DNA of 64,000 nucleotides from a virus: the IMG/VR virus record IMGVR_UViG_3300009184_000038, positions 10,546 to 74,545 of that record. One strand, given 5' to 3'. The notes beneath the pieces were generated by a model. It was not told where the DNA came from. It did not search any database and saw only the letters and a list, made by a program, of their open reading frames with translations. The first letter of the stretch is position 1. Each line of letters starts with the position of its first letter. The position numbers and the translations under genes were made by a program. Positions 44,399 to 53,900 of this stretch are shown here, in pieces.

Positions 44399-44760
44399 GG
44401 GGCCACCGCCGTGACGCTGCCGCTAATGATTGTTCGGGTGATCTCGCCGGGGGCAATCCAGCGGAGATACCAGCGGTATGTCTGCGTCGGCGACAGCAGC
44501 TTGGTCTGCGCCTCAGAGAGTCCGATCACCATCGACCCCGTCGTCGGGTCTGGTATGCCGATGGTCGGCTGCGTGATCGTAGTGCCGACGCCGCTCAAGG
44601 AGCCAGCGCCACCGCCCTCAGTGGTCGTGTCGCTTTGATAGATGTAGCTTTCCCAGGAATAGCCTGAAACATTCCGCTGGAGCGAAATGGAAATATTCCA
44701 TTCATCTCCGCGAACCGCTCGCAAATTTAATTCACCTGGGAGCAGCGTGAAATCAGGCAA
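44395..44760 (-). CDS. BppU-like adaptor protein
   Basis: FTLLPGELNL, LSEAQT..L....Y.W.L.W.APG. Confidence 0.65.
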   Translation of the reverse strand: MPDFTLLPGELNLRAVRGDEWNISISLQRNVSGYSWESYIYQSDTTTEGGGAGSLSGVGTTITQPTIGIPDPTTGSMVIGLSEAQTKLLSPTQTYRWYLRWIAPGEITRTIISGSVTAVAP

Positions 44761-44768
44761 TTTTCACC

Positions 44769-45077
44769 TCAGTTCGTGGCCGATTCGCCAAACTGGCCCG
44801 ACTTCTTAACAACCGCCTGCTTGATCTCTCGCTGGTCGGTCGCAATCGCCTGGAGGGTTTCCGCCTGCTTGAACTGGGTCTTGCCGATCTCGTCCAGAGT
44901 CTCTCGAGTTGAGTCCAGAAACTCGGTGTGAGACTTCACAATTGGCACTACAACCGTGCCGTGGAGCGTCACCGCGGCCTCTCGCATGAACCAGATGGCG
45001 ACGGCCAAGAGGACAAGGGGCACTCCGAAACGCTCGGCCACGCGGAACGCGGCCTCCACGAAAGATTCGCTGCTCAT
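44769..45077 (-). CDS. Single-TM coiled-coil protein (holin-like candidate)
   Basis: FGVPLVLLAVAIWF followed by heptads. Confidence 0.55.
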   Translation of the reverse strand: MSSESFVEAAFRVAERFGVPLVLLAVAIWFMREAAVTLHGTVVVPIVKSHTEFLDSTRETLDEIGKTQFKQAETLQAIATDQREIKQAVVKKSGQFGESATN

Positions 45078-45118
45078 CTGCGACTCCGCGACGACGAAAG
45101 ATAGGCCGGTAGCCTATT

Positions 45119-45661
45119 CTAAATTGTAGCAGCGAAGAGCTGGCGTCTGAGGTCATCCAGAGAGCCGGAGTTGTCGATGGTTCTGGCGATCATGTGGTCG
45201 CTCACCCCCGCCTCGCTCTGGTGGGCAGCGGCCTCGTCGGCAAGGCACCGCCAGCCCGGTCGGGCTACCCGCCACACCTCGCCGCCCGCGTCGATGACTG
45301 CCTGGGCCTCGTTGTCGAACCGCACGTCGGTGATGACGACGCCGCGCCCGACGGCCATCTCAGGCTTTGCTCGTTCCATCGTGATGCGAATCCAGATTTC
45401 TGGATGAATGGTGCCGCGCCCCCACTCGGTGCCGAGCGTCTGGAGCATCTGCCTGGGCGACTTTCCGAGCCACGGGATGATGGCCTCTTTCACGTCGCGA
45501 TCCTTGAGTCTGGCGATCGGCAGACCAGTAATTGTCGAAAGACACTCGTAGAGCGGGTCGGCGAATGCCATCTGCACGAGCGCGCCGCCGTCGGAATCCA
45601 GAAGGAATTCTGCCACAGTGTTCTTTCCTGCCCCAGCCGGCCCGCAGAGTCCAATCAGCAT
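45119..45661 (-). CDS. Deoxynucleoside monophosphate kinase
   Basis: GLCGPAGAGKNT, FADPL, PRQMLQTLGTEWGR, DVRFDNE, HQSE, IDNSGS. Confidence 0.93.
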   Translation of the reverse strand: MLIGLCGPAGAGKNTVAEFLLDSDGGALVQMAFADPLYECLSTITGLPIARLKDRDVKEAIIPWLGKSPRQMLQTLGTEWGRGTIHPEIWIRITMERAKPEMAVGRGVVITDVRFDNEAQAVIDAGGEVWRVARPGWRCLADEAAAHQSEAGVSDHMIARTIDNSGSLDDLRRQLFAATI

Positions 45662-46134
45662 GAGAAATCCCTCCCGTCGAAACGAACCGTGACCCCCACC
45701 GTGTCTGCCAAGAGTCTCTGGCTCACGCACGCCTCGGCCAGAATCTTTTCAGCAAGCTCCACCTTGAGCAGCCATCGCCCAGGCGTGGCGTTGCGGAGGG
45801 CGATCAGGCCGACGACTTCCTTGATGCCCGCCATGACGATCGCCCTGGCACAGTCAGTGCAGGCGAACCAGGGGCAGTAGAGTGTCCCGCCGGCCGTCGC
45901 CGCACCCGCCGCGGCGGCCTTGTAGATCGCCGCCCTCTCGGCGTGCTCAATGAAGTCGTACTTGAACGGCCGCTCGAGCCGGTGCGAGGGGCGGGCCACC
46001 CCAGGCGGGACGCAGTTGGCGGCGTAGACGGTCTGGCGGCTCGTCACGAGCACGGCCCCGTTCTGAGTGTCTTTGTCGTGAGAGTGCTGGACGGCATAGC
46101 GGCAGGCTTCTCGGAGGTAGTCGATGTCGGTCAT
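45655..46134 (-). CDS. dCMP deaminase-like protein
   Basis: HAERAAI and PWFACTDC zinc motifs. Confidence 0.9.
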   Translation of the reverse strand: MTDIDYLREACRYAVQHSHDKDTQNGAVLVTSRQTVYAANCVPPGVARPSHRLERPFKYDFIEHAERAAIYKAAAAGAATAGGTLYCPWFACTDCARAIVMAGIKEVVGLIALRNATPGRWLLKVELAEKILAEACVSQRLLADTVGVTVRFDGRDFSC

Positions 46135-47306
46135 TTTGTCGGCCCCGCGACGTGCATGGCGGTGAGGCCACCCTCGGGGAGGTAGATGAAGGTTTCCATG
46201 CCTCGCCGAGAGCCCAGGTAGCCACTGGCCGCGTGCCACTCGTCGGCAGGGGCGATGCTGGGGGCAGTCCGCAGGGTTACAGAGTCCTCTGATGCGATCA
46301 TCTTCTCGGCGGCCTGCCCGTGCAGATGGCCCGTGTGGTATTCCCGATACCAGCACTCAGCCCACTGCTTCGATGCCTCGATCGCCATCAGTGCTGGAAG
46401 TCGCTTTCGTGCGCGATCCCCGTGTGTTGCACCCAGTAGCGTCCCGCCCCATGAGACGTACTGCCGGCGGGTGTAGTCATTCGACACCGCCACTCGCTCA
46501 TCGTTGCGGAACCGCTCGCACAGGATTCGGCGAAACGCGGTCGACAGCATTTCGTCGTGATTGCCTGGAACGACGAGCACGTCGGTCTGAGCTGTTCGAG
46601 AAGCACGCTCGACAACCCCGATCAGAGCGCTGCACCCCGTGTTCCAGACTTTCTGAATTCGCCCGTCGTTGTCCTGGGGAGTCCCTGCCGTCGTCGCTCC
46701 CGCTGGGCCGTCGGAGTTGAAGAGGTCGCCGAGGAACAGGATCGTCCGTTTCGCTGGCTTGTAGGAGTCGCCGATGTCGATTAGCTCGTCCGTTGTTTCT
46801 CGGATGATCGTCTCGGCGATGTTCACGTCGAAGTCAGAATCACCAGTCGATTTTGACCAGCAGTACCTACCAATATGGGCATCCGCGATTACCAGAACTT
46901 GCCAGAGGTCGCCTCGATCTTTCTTCTTGATTGCTTTCTGCTTCGTCCTGGGCAGATTGGCACCCGCGATCATCGCCTCGACAGCTTCTCTGATACCTGG
47001 GCCAGCCTTGGGCTTGAGACGCACCCACACGCGGTGCAGCTCGGTCACGGTCGGCTCGCCATCGTCGCCGGCCGTCGCGACTTCCCATTTGGTCGCTTCA
47101 GATGCAGCTACATCGTAGGCCCGCATATCAGCTTCGATGTGCTGAAGGAGGTCTTCGACCGTCTTGATTCGCCGGCTCGTCGAACGCGCCTCGAGCACGT
47201 CGCCCTCGCGCCGCTGCGATACTTGTTCCGCGTCGGCGGCCGGCTTCGGCGTGGCGGCGGCTGCCGCGGCCGAGAGGATGTCGCCTGTCAGCCCTGCGTC
47301 AGCCAT
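46131..47306 (-). CDS. Calcineurin-like metallophosphoesterase
   Basis: DAHIG, LGDLF, GNHD, HGD, GHLH. Confidence 0.88.
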   Translation of the reverse strand: MADAGLTGDILSAAAAAATPKPAADAEQVSQRREGDVLEARSTSRRIKTVEDLLQHIEADMRAYDVAASEATKWEVATAGDDGEPTVTELHRVWVRLKPKAGPGIREAVEAMIAGANLPRTKQKAIKKKDRGDLWQVLVIADAHIGRYCWSKSTGDSDFDVNIAETIIRETTDELIDIGDSYKPAKRTILFLGDLFNSDGPAGATTAGTPQDNDGRIQKVWNTGCSALIGVVERASRTAQTDVLVVPGNHDEMLSTAFRRILCERFRNDERVAVSNDYTRRQYVSWGGTLLGATHGDRARKRLPALMAIEASKQWAECWYREYHTGHLHGQAAEKMIASEDSVTLRTAPSIAPADEWHAASGYLGSRRGMETFIYLPEGGLTAMHVAGPTK

Positions 47307-47533
47307 CTTTGCACCTGTCGCCATTTGGAGGGTGTGTAACCGCGTGCCGTGAGCTTCTCGACGATCGTCTTCGCCATCTGGCTGGCCGAGACGCCGGTCG
47401 AGCCGGAGGTCTTTCGCCACTGATCACGCACCGCCAGAACGGCGTCTTGATGCTCGCTTGACAGACCTTGGAACCAGCTTTGGTTTGCTGGCGACGGCTT
47501 TGCGCTTTCCAGAATCTCCGCTGCCAAGTCCAT
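47288..47533 (-). CDS. Small putative DNA-binding protein
   Basis: AAGGAG RBS; SASQMAK...QVQRWL. Confidence 0.55.
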   Translation of the reverse strand: MDLAAEILESAKPSPANQSWFQGLSSEHQDAVLAVRDQWRKTSGSTGVSASQMAKTIVEKLTARGYTPSKWRQVQRWLTQG

Positions 47534-47642
47534 CCGGCTTCTCCTTGAGGTGAATCCACCCGTCGTCGTCTGGAATGCCGCCCCCCTCGACCTGTTCGTC
47601 GTCGTCATCGGAGAAGACGAAGTCTTTTGGTGGTTTCGGCAT
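47424..47642 (-). CDS. Small acidic/basic low-complexity protein
   Basis: First ATG after the intergenic gap; long overlap with the next gene lowers confidence. Confidence 0.35.
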   Translation of the reverse strand: MPKPPKDFVFSDDDDEQVEGGGIPDDDGWIHLKEKPDGLGSGDSGKRKAVASKPKLVPRSVKRASRRRSGGA

Positions 47643-47674
47643 GGCCTACAGTCTCTCTTAGTAGTCTGTGGGGG

Positions 47675-48136
47675 TCAATGCTGGTTCTTGCGTGCATTCT
47701 TGATAGCACGATTTACTAGGAATCTGCCAGCAGCGTCCAGAAACGGCAGGCCGCGTTTTTCCGCCTGGACTCTAAGGTGAGCCACGATCTCGTCCATGCG
47801 AAGCTCGCATTCATCGCAGCCCCAGGCGTTCATCTGATGCGCCATCGCATTGCAGGGGCATGTGTCGGTTGCTGTGATTCTAAAAGGCCACCCCGCCAGG
47901 AGCTTTTTCAGCTCCGCGCCTGGGCCGTTCGCCATCCTGACCAGCTCGCTGAAGTCGCTTTCCTTGGGCGACAACCTTGAGCTAAGAGGGAATGCGGCGT
48001 GGCTCGTATCTATCGTCCACAGGTCTCCGTCTTGCGACACAACGCACGGCATAACCTCGTCAAGAGAGTAGCCGCGCTCCTCGCAGCGGGATTCAAGGTG
48101 CATTCTGTGACATTTGACTATGGCAGGGGATTGCAT
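47675..48136 (-). CDS. Cys-containing tail-region protein
   Basis: GPGAELKKLL, CPCN...MNAWGCDEC motif. Confidence 0.7.
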   Translation of the reverse strand: MQSPAIVKCHRMHLESRCEERGYSLDEVMPCVVSQDGDLWTIDTSHAAFPLSSRLSPKESDFSELVRMANGPGAELKKLLAGWPFRITATDTCPCNAMAHQMNAWGCDECELRMDEIVAHLRVQAEKRGLPFLDAAGRFLVNRAIKNARKNQH

Positions 48137-48360
48137 GGGTTTGGTGCGCAAGGCACTCCTTGTCCTAAAAATACTTCGCCGCTTCCGCTGCAAGCGCACG
48201 GCCTGGTTTGCCTGCAAATGACCCTGTTGCTACAGCACGCGCCAGACTGACCGCACTTGCCTTCGCATTCCTGCTGGGTTGAATACCGCGAGCCATCGGT
48301 TTTGCCGTGAATGACGCTGCCACCACCGATCGGTAATTCGTCCGCTTTATAGCAAGGCAT
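48118..48360 (-). CDS. Small Cys-rich protein with GACC motif
   Basis: GACC..C..C.C..G.VF.G.G..C.PNPC. Confidence 0.7.
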   Translation of the reverse strand: MPCYKADELPIGGGSVIHGKTDGSRYSTQQECEGKCGQSGACCSNRVICRQTRPCACSGSGEVFLGQGVPCAPNPCNPLP

Positions 48361-48377
48361 TTTATGGTATCCAGTAA

Positions 48378-48941
48378 CTATTTGCTGATGGTTACGTCAA
48401 CGCAGGCGTAAACGCTCCACTGCCTGCCAGCGCCAGTTACTTTTATTGCAGAGCCATTTCGGAGTAGCTCAAAGGCCGCCCGAATATCAAACCGCCGCCC
48501 TACGTTGGAACAAATGTCATAATCACCCAAGAAGACGCCCTCCATGCTCATGTCGCCGCCGGAAAAAAAGAACCAGTAGAATGTGCCCAGCGTTGGCGGC
48601 CAGCGGCCAGCGGTCATCCTGATGCTGACGCCCTGGGAGTAACTGTAGTTCACGCAGTTGCCAGCAATTGCGCCTTCAATCAATCGATTTGTTCTCGGCT
48701 CAAGTCGCTTGAACGGCCCGTATACGTCTTGCTTCAGGGAGTAAGACCCTTCAATGGTGGCAAATCGAAAAAGGTCTGGCGGTGCGTACAGTCTTCCGCC
48801 TGAGAATTCACCGCCAACGTCATTTTGATCGCAATAACGAAGATTACTGAACGCGAGTGTAATAGAGCTGGGTGGTGTACTACCGTTTGGACAACAACAG
48901 TCAACACATAGCCAGCCGGGGTCGCAGCAAGGACACGCCAT
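48378..48941 (-). CDS. Tail-tip-region protein with Cys-rich N-terminus
   Basis: MACPCC...C..CCCP; visibly lower GC. Confidence 0.7.
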   Translation of the reverse strand: MACPCCDPGWLCVDCCCPNGSTPPSSITLAFSNLRYCDQNDVGGEFSGGRLYAPPDLFRFATIEGSYSLKQDVYGPFKRLEPRTNRLIEGAIAGNCVNYSYSQGVSIRMTAGRWPPTLGTFYWFFFSGGDMSMEGVFLGDYDICSNVGRRFDIRAAFELLRNGSAIKVTGAGRQWSVYACVDVTISK

Positions 48942-48942
48942 G

Positions 48943-49848
48943 TCAAATCTCCAGAGATATGAAGGTGGCCGTGTAAGTTCCTGTCATTATCGTTGCGGTC
49001 TCCGTTTTGGCCGAGGCCAGAATCGTCGCGGATTGCGTGTTCGCCAGCGACACGATCGTCGCGGTCTGCAACGCCCCCGCAGTCCTGAAAGTCGTCGTCG
49101 TGGGGTCGTTGGCGACCTTGAACGTCGTCGTCTGCGGGTTGTTGGCGACCTTGAACGTCGTCGTCTGCGGGTCGTTTGCCGTCTTGATTTTTGTCCTAGC
49201 GGTATTGACTGTGATGCTACAGTTAGAGGTATTTAGATAGGCGCTGACGCTTGCAATAATATCGACCTCGGAAACAGACGACACATACGTTAGGGACTTC
49301 TCTGTGACCGAACTGACGTGCGTGAGTGACAACTCCGTGATCGAACTGACGTGCGTTATCGTCCTTTCCTCACCTGCGCCAGCGAAGTTTATGGTCTTAG
49401 TATCTGCGGAGCTAATGAATGTTATTGTTTGTGGATTAGCCGCGCCTATGTAAGTGATGTCCCGCGTGGCCGTTGCCATGATCGCCGTCTTCGACGACAT
49501 CTGGAACGAGACGAGATACCACTGGGTGCCGTCTTTGGCGATGTTGACGATGCGGCTGGTCGCAGTGCTCTGCGGAGACGGCAGGCTGACGAGCTTGTTC
49601 AGGACGCTGACGGTGTTTGGCGTGCTGGTGATGCCGTAGAACTTCACGCTCTTGGAGGAATCGATGGGCCATGCGCCGGTGGCCGTGCAGACGCGGAAGA
49701 CTTTTGGCGAAAAGCTAGTGCCGCCGTCTTCCAGCGCAGTCGGAATGCGGCTTATCGGCCCACCGAAAGGGATGGACTCCACCTTCGCGATCGTGCTTTT
49801 CAGCTTCTCGCGGAGACTCTCTCCGATAAGGTATTTGCCGTCAGGCAT
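48943..49848 (-). CDS. Minor tail protein with 11-aa tandem repeats
   Basis: ANDPQTTTFKV x3 and THVSS.TE.SL x3; second gene after the tape measure. Confidence 0.75.
   Translation of the reverse strand: MPDGKYLIGESLREKLKSTIAKVESIPFGGPISRIPTALEDGGTSFSPKVFRVCTATGAWPIDSSKSVKFYGITSTPNTVSVLNKLVSLPSPQSTATSRIVNIAKDGTQWYLVSFQMSSKTAIMATATRDITYIGAANPQTITFISSADTKTINFAGAGEERTITHVSSITELSLTHVSSVTEKSLTYVSSVSEVDIIASVSAYLNTSNCSITVNTARTKIKTANDPQTTTFKVANNPQTTTFKVANDPTTTTFRTAGALQTATIVSLANTQSATILASAKTETATIMTGTYTATFISLEI
49084..49182 (-). repeat. 33-bp coding tandem repeat, ~3 copies
   Basis: gttggcgaccttgaacgtcgtcgtctgcgggt repeated. Confidence 0.85.
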
Positions 49849-50942
49849 TAGGAGAACCACCGAATGCCGAAGTTGGAGAAGTTGCTTCCGAACGCCATCT
49901 CTGGCTGGATGCAGATGCGGTTGATCAAAACCTTCTGGGATATCGGAAATGCTCGCGTGTTCCGCGGGGTGCCGTCGTCATTGAGCGCCACGGGCTGCGC
50001 GGATGGCCTCTGAGTCCATCCGCCTTGGCTTGCGGGAACCGTAACCATCGCCCTTGTTCTTTTGGTTTGAGTTCCAAAAGCGTATGTTTGTGGAGTTCCT
50101 TCACTGTTAAGCTGAACTTTTCCGCTCTCGTCATGCTGAAGAGTCAGGGATTCGATGTCAACTTGATCTGGAGACGACAGGCCGTAGTTAATGATATTAA
50201 ACCCAGTCTGCGGCACGGCCATGTCCCATCCGATTGCCTGAAAACCATCTCGCGTGATCGTCCAGTGCGCTCGCACGGCAAAGCAGAATGTCACCTTGAA
50301 CCCGCGAAACGTCGTGTCGCCGAACTGCTCGACCACGGCGCTCGAGGAAATACTTTGCAGCATACAGCAGTGAATCCCGACTGAGAGATTGCTGAAGTTG
50401 AATGCGTCACTGTTCACATAGCCGCAGTAGGCGAGCAACTGGCTCATGTCGCTATAGGAATACTGGTCGATGTTGATGTTCACGACCGGCTCAAGCCGCG
50501 TCACGCCGTCAACGAGATCGCCGACTGGGTTGACCGCTGGAATCCATGAGCCAGACACGCCGCCCGACACAGGCGCTCCGCCCCACGCTGCGATCTCTGT
50601 CAGCGACGTAGTCATCGAATAGAGCGCGGGCCGCTGAGTCGGTGGTTGCCGCCCGGGGTCTGTGCCGCCGATGCCTGCGGTCGTCCGATATTGAGCCGTG
50701 ACGATCCGCACCATGCGGCTCTCGCCGTCTGCCTTGACATCCAGGCTGACGCACGGGATCGGGTTAGCCGACCCAAGCGGGTCGCCGATGTTGACGCCGA
50801 CGGCCTGCGAGATGATGAACGCCTCGTCTGGCGAGTTAAGGAGAATCTTCCACGTTCGCGTTGCCTGATCGGCCAGCGAGCCGCCTTCCGCGCTGCGGCT
50901 GAAGGATTTGCCCTGCGCGAGTTCGGTAACCATCTTGGGCAT
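49848..50942 (-). CDS. Minor tail protein (distal tail/hub position)
   Basis: Immediately downstream of the tape measure; TAATG coupling. Confidence 0.7.
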   Translation of the reverse strand: MPKMVTELAQGKSFSRSAEGGSLADQATRTWKILLNSPDEAFIISQAVGVNIGDPLGSANPIPCVSLDVKADGESRMVRIVTAQYRTTAGIGGTDPGRQPPTQRPALYSMTTSLTEIAAWGGAPVSGGVSGSWIPAVNPVGDLVDGVTRLEPVVNINIDQYSYSDMSQLLAYCGYVNSDAFNFSNLSVGIHCCMLQSISSSAVVEQFGDTTFRGFKVTFCFAVRAHWTITRDGFQAIGWDMAVPQTGFNIINYGLSSPDQVDIESLTLQHDESGKVQLNSEGTPQTYAFGTQTKRTRAMVTVPASQGGWTQRPSAQPVALNDDGTPRNTRAFPISQKVLINRICIQPEMAFGSNFSNFGIRWFS

Positions 50943-53900
50943 TAGAGGAGGACTCCTGGGTTGTTGGCCTTGAGGTCGTTCCTAATGTCCTCAAGGTATC
51001 CCGACTGCTTCTTCAGCTCTGCCAAATTCACGTCCTTCGCCGAGTCGTCGCCTCGAATGAGGCGAGTGAGTTCGCTGGCACCCTGGCTCGTGGATACGTC
51101 GGAGACGTTGAGGGCAGCTCGGGACGGGCCTTGGAGCATGGCGGTCTGCCGCTCGTCTTGGAATCCCTTGAGCATGGGGGCGACGGATTCCATCTGATTT
51201 CGGAATGCTTGTCGGAGGAACTTGTTCGGGTCTTCGCCGGCCGCTCTCATTTGGGCGGCGCGTTCGTTGATGTCGGCCCCTGCGCCTTCGGTGTATTCCT
51301 TGCGGAACCGCTCGCGGTCGGTCAGGCCGAGGTCGCGCCCGCGGAGGGCGCGGTCTCGTTGGTTCTGGGCGATCCGCTCGTCGTCGATGGCCTTTCGTTC
51401 GTCGCGGGTGCCGGCGTCTATGGCACCCTCGTTCTCGCCGCGCATCCTGCGGTTCTCTTCCTGAATGCGATCTCTCTCTGCTATCTCTAGGCCGGTTAGC
51501 CCCCCCTTGGCCTCCTTTTCGGCTAGATCAGCCAAACGCCTGTCATTCGCCGCGATCGATCTGTTGTTAGCCGCGACGGCCGGGTCTTTATCAATCTCTT
51601 TTCGCCGATTGTCCAGATTGTCCTGCAACTCCTGGGCGCGCTGGCGGTCGCTGCGGAGCCGTGCATCGGCCTCGTCTCGCTCGCGTCGGTTCTTCTCGTT
51701 GGGGTTATTGATGTACCGCTGCTCGGCCTCTGCCGCCTGCCGCTCGCTGTCGGCGATGATTTGATTCGTGGCATCCATGCGCCGCTTGAAAGTCGGGTCT
51801 TCGGCGGCTCGCTGACGACCCTTTTCAAGCTCCTTCTCGCGAGCCAAGATGCCGTTGTTGATGGCGTCAAGCTGCTTGCGTTCGGCCTCCGTCAGCCGGG
51901 TGGTTATCATTTCACGCTGCCGGATCAGCTCGATCTCTCGCTTTGTCGCGGCATCCAGCTCCGCGCTCTCTGCCTGATTGAGACCGCCGCCGATCCTGTC
52001 TTTTGCCTCAAGTTCTTGACGGCGTTGATTAATCTCCTCGAGTTCGCGGTTGACCGGCCGCATAAACGGGCTCTGCCGAATCGCGCGACGACGATTGTCC
52101 ACGTCTGCCTGGGCGATTCCGACCGCTGCTCGGTCGTTGATCAACCGCTCCTCTGCCGCGTCCCGTGCCTCGCGGCCGCCGGCACGCAGTGGGTTCTCCT
52201 CGAACGCCCGCTGCGCTGCATCCGCGCCCTGCTCGGATCGCTGCAACGCCGAATCGCCGATTTTGCGAATGCGGGTCAGTGCGGCCTCGATGCCAGCGGC
52301 GGCCTCGGCCAAGGCGGCGGCGGCCTCGGAGGCTTTCTGGGAAAGCTCAAGGCTAGCTCCAGCGGCGCTGCTTGCGGCCTCTGCGGCTCTCAGGTCTGCT
52401 TCGGCCTTTTCGACGGCAGCGTCGGCAGCCGCTGTGTCGCCGCCGGCATCCATAACTTTTTGCAGCTCTGCCCTGGCGTCCCTAAGTTGCTGCTGCCTAT
52501 CACCGACGCTTGCTGCGCTCCTCTCCACGTTCCGGCGTGCCACAAGCTCTGCGTCGGCCGCCGCGCGGCCTCTCGCGATTAGGCCCGCGCGTTCGTTCCT
52601 GAACCGCTCGTTGCCCTCGAGCGATGCCGTCGCTTGAGTGAGCCGCTCGCCGCCCATCGACCGACCAAGACGCACTTCCCTGGCTCTTGATTCCGTTTCG
52701 GCCTGCTTGATGCGGACTGCGGCAACTTGCTTCTCGGCGTCCTTCGCCAAGGCTTCTCGCTGCGCTGGATCGCTCGTCTCTGCCGCCATCTCAACCGACC
52801 GCGCGAGTTTTGCATTCGCTTCCGTCAAGTCTGAGGCAAGCGAGTCAAGCTCTTGCTGGAACCTTGCAGCCCCTGGGACGCCGCGGCTAATCGCGTCGGC
52901 AACATCTTCTTGAGACTCGCGAATGAATCGCGCGGCCTCTTCTGACGCAGACGCAACCTTCAGGGCCATGTCGTCAATGGCCTTCTGGAACGGCGATTCA
53001 AGCTGGTCTAGGAGCGACTGGAGTCTGCGAACGGTCTCGCCGAAGCCGTACTCTCCCCTGTCGGCCTGCGGCTGCAACTGGCCGATAAGTTTCTCAATGA
53101 CATCTCGCTGCGACGAATACGAGTCATCGACCCCTGCCGTCATTTCTCTAGCGCGGCGCTCTCGCTCTTCTTGAGGAACGGCCTCGCGGCCGGTCGTTGT
53201 TCTACGAGTCTGTGGGATGTTCCTAAGAACTTCCTGAAACAACACTTCGCGAAGCTGGCCCGCTCCGTTTATCTCGCCCGTACCAGACCTTACGCCGATA
53301 TTCGGGGCGGCGGGAAGCTGCGGCGGACGGTTCGCAAGAACCCTCGGCAAATCCCGGTTGATTGCCTCGGCCTGTTGAATTCGCCGCGACAGGCCGATGC
53401 GAACCCCTTGGTCTGTTTCTGTCTCAAGCTGCTTCCTGTCTCGGGATATGTTCGCGGCGTTCGTCTGGAAGCCCACGTCCGTTGCAGCAACACGCCCCTC
53501 GCGAAGCTCTCTTTGCTTCCTGCGGATATCGGACACGCCTTGCCCGAACTGCCTGCCAGAATCACCGCCCGCGGAGAGCGTGCTTCGGGACACGGCGTCT
53601 CCCAGAGACCTAAACGCCTGTGCGAGTTCTTCAACAAGACTTTTCTGGCGGGCCAGGGAGTCGTTGAGCGCCTTGGTTTGGTCTTCTGCCGAACGCCCGT
53701 TGTTTGCGAACCTGACAAGGCCCACGGCTACTTGACCGGCCAAGACCGCCCCAAGGCCGACGAATAGCCCCGTTGTGCCGCCCAAAACAAAGGCAAGCTG
53801 CGTCACGTTGTTGCTGACGGCCCGCAGCTTCTGATCGATGCCGCCGGTTGAAGACATGAAGTCGTCGATCGCGAATGCGGCTTGATTAGCAGCGAGCGAC

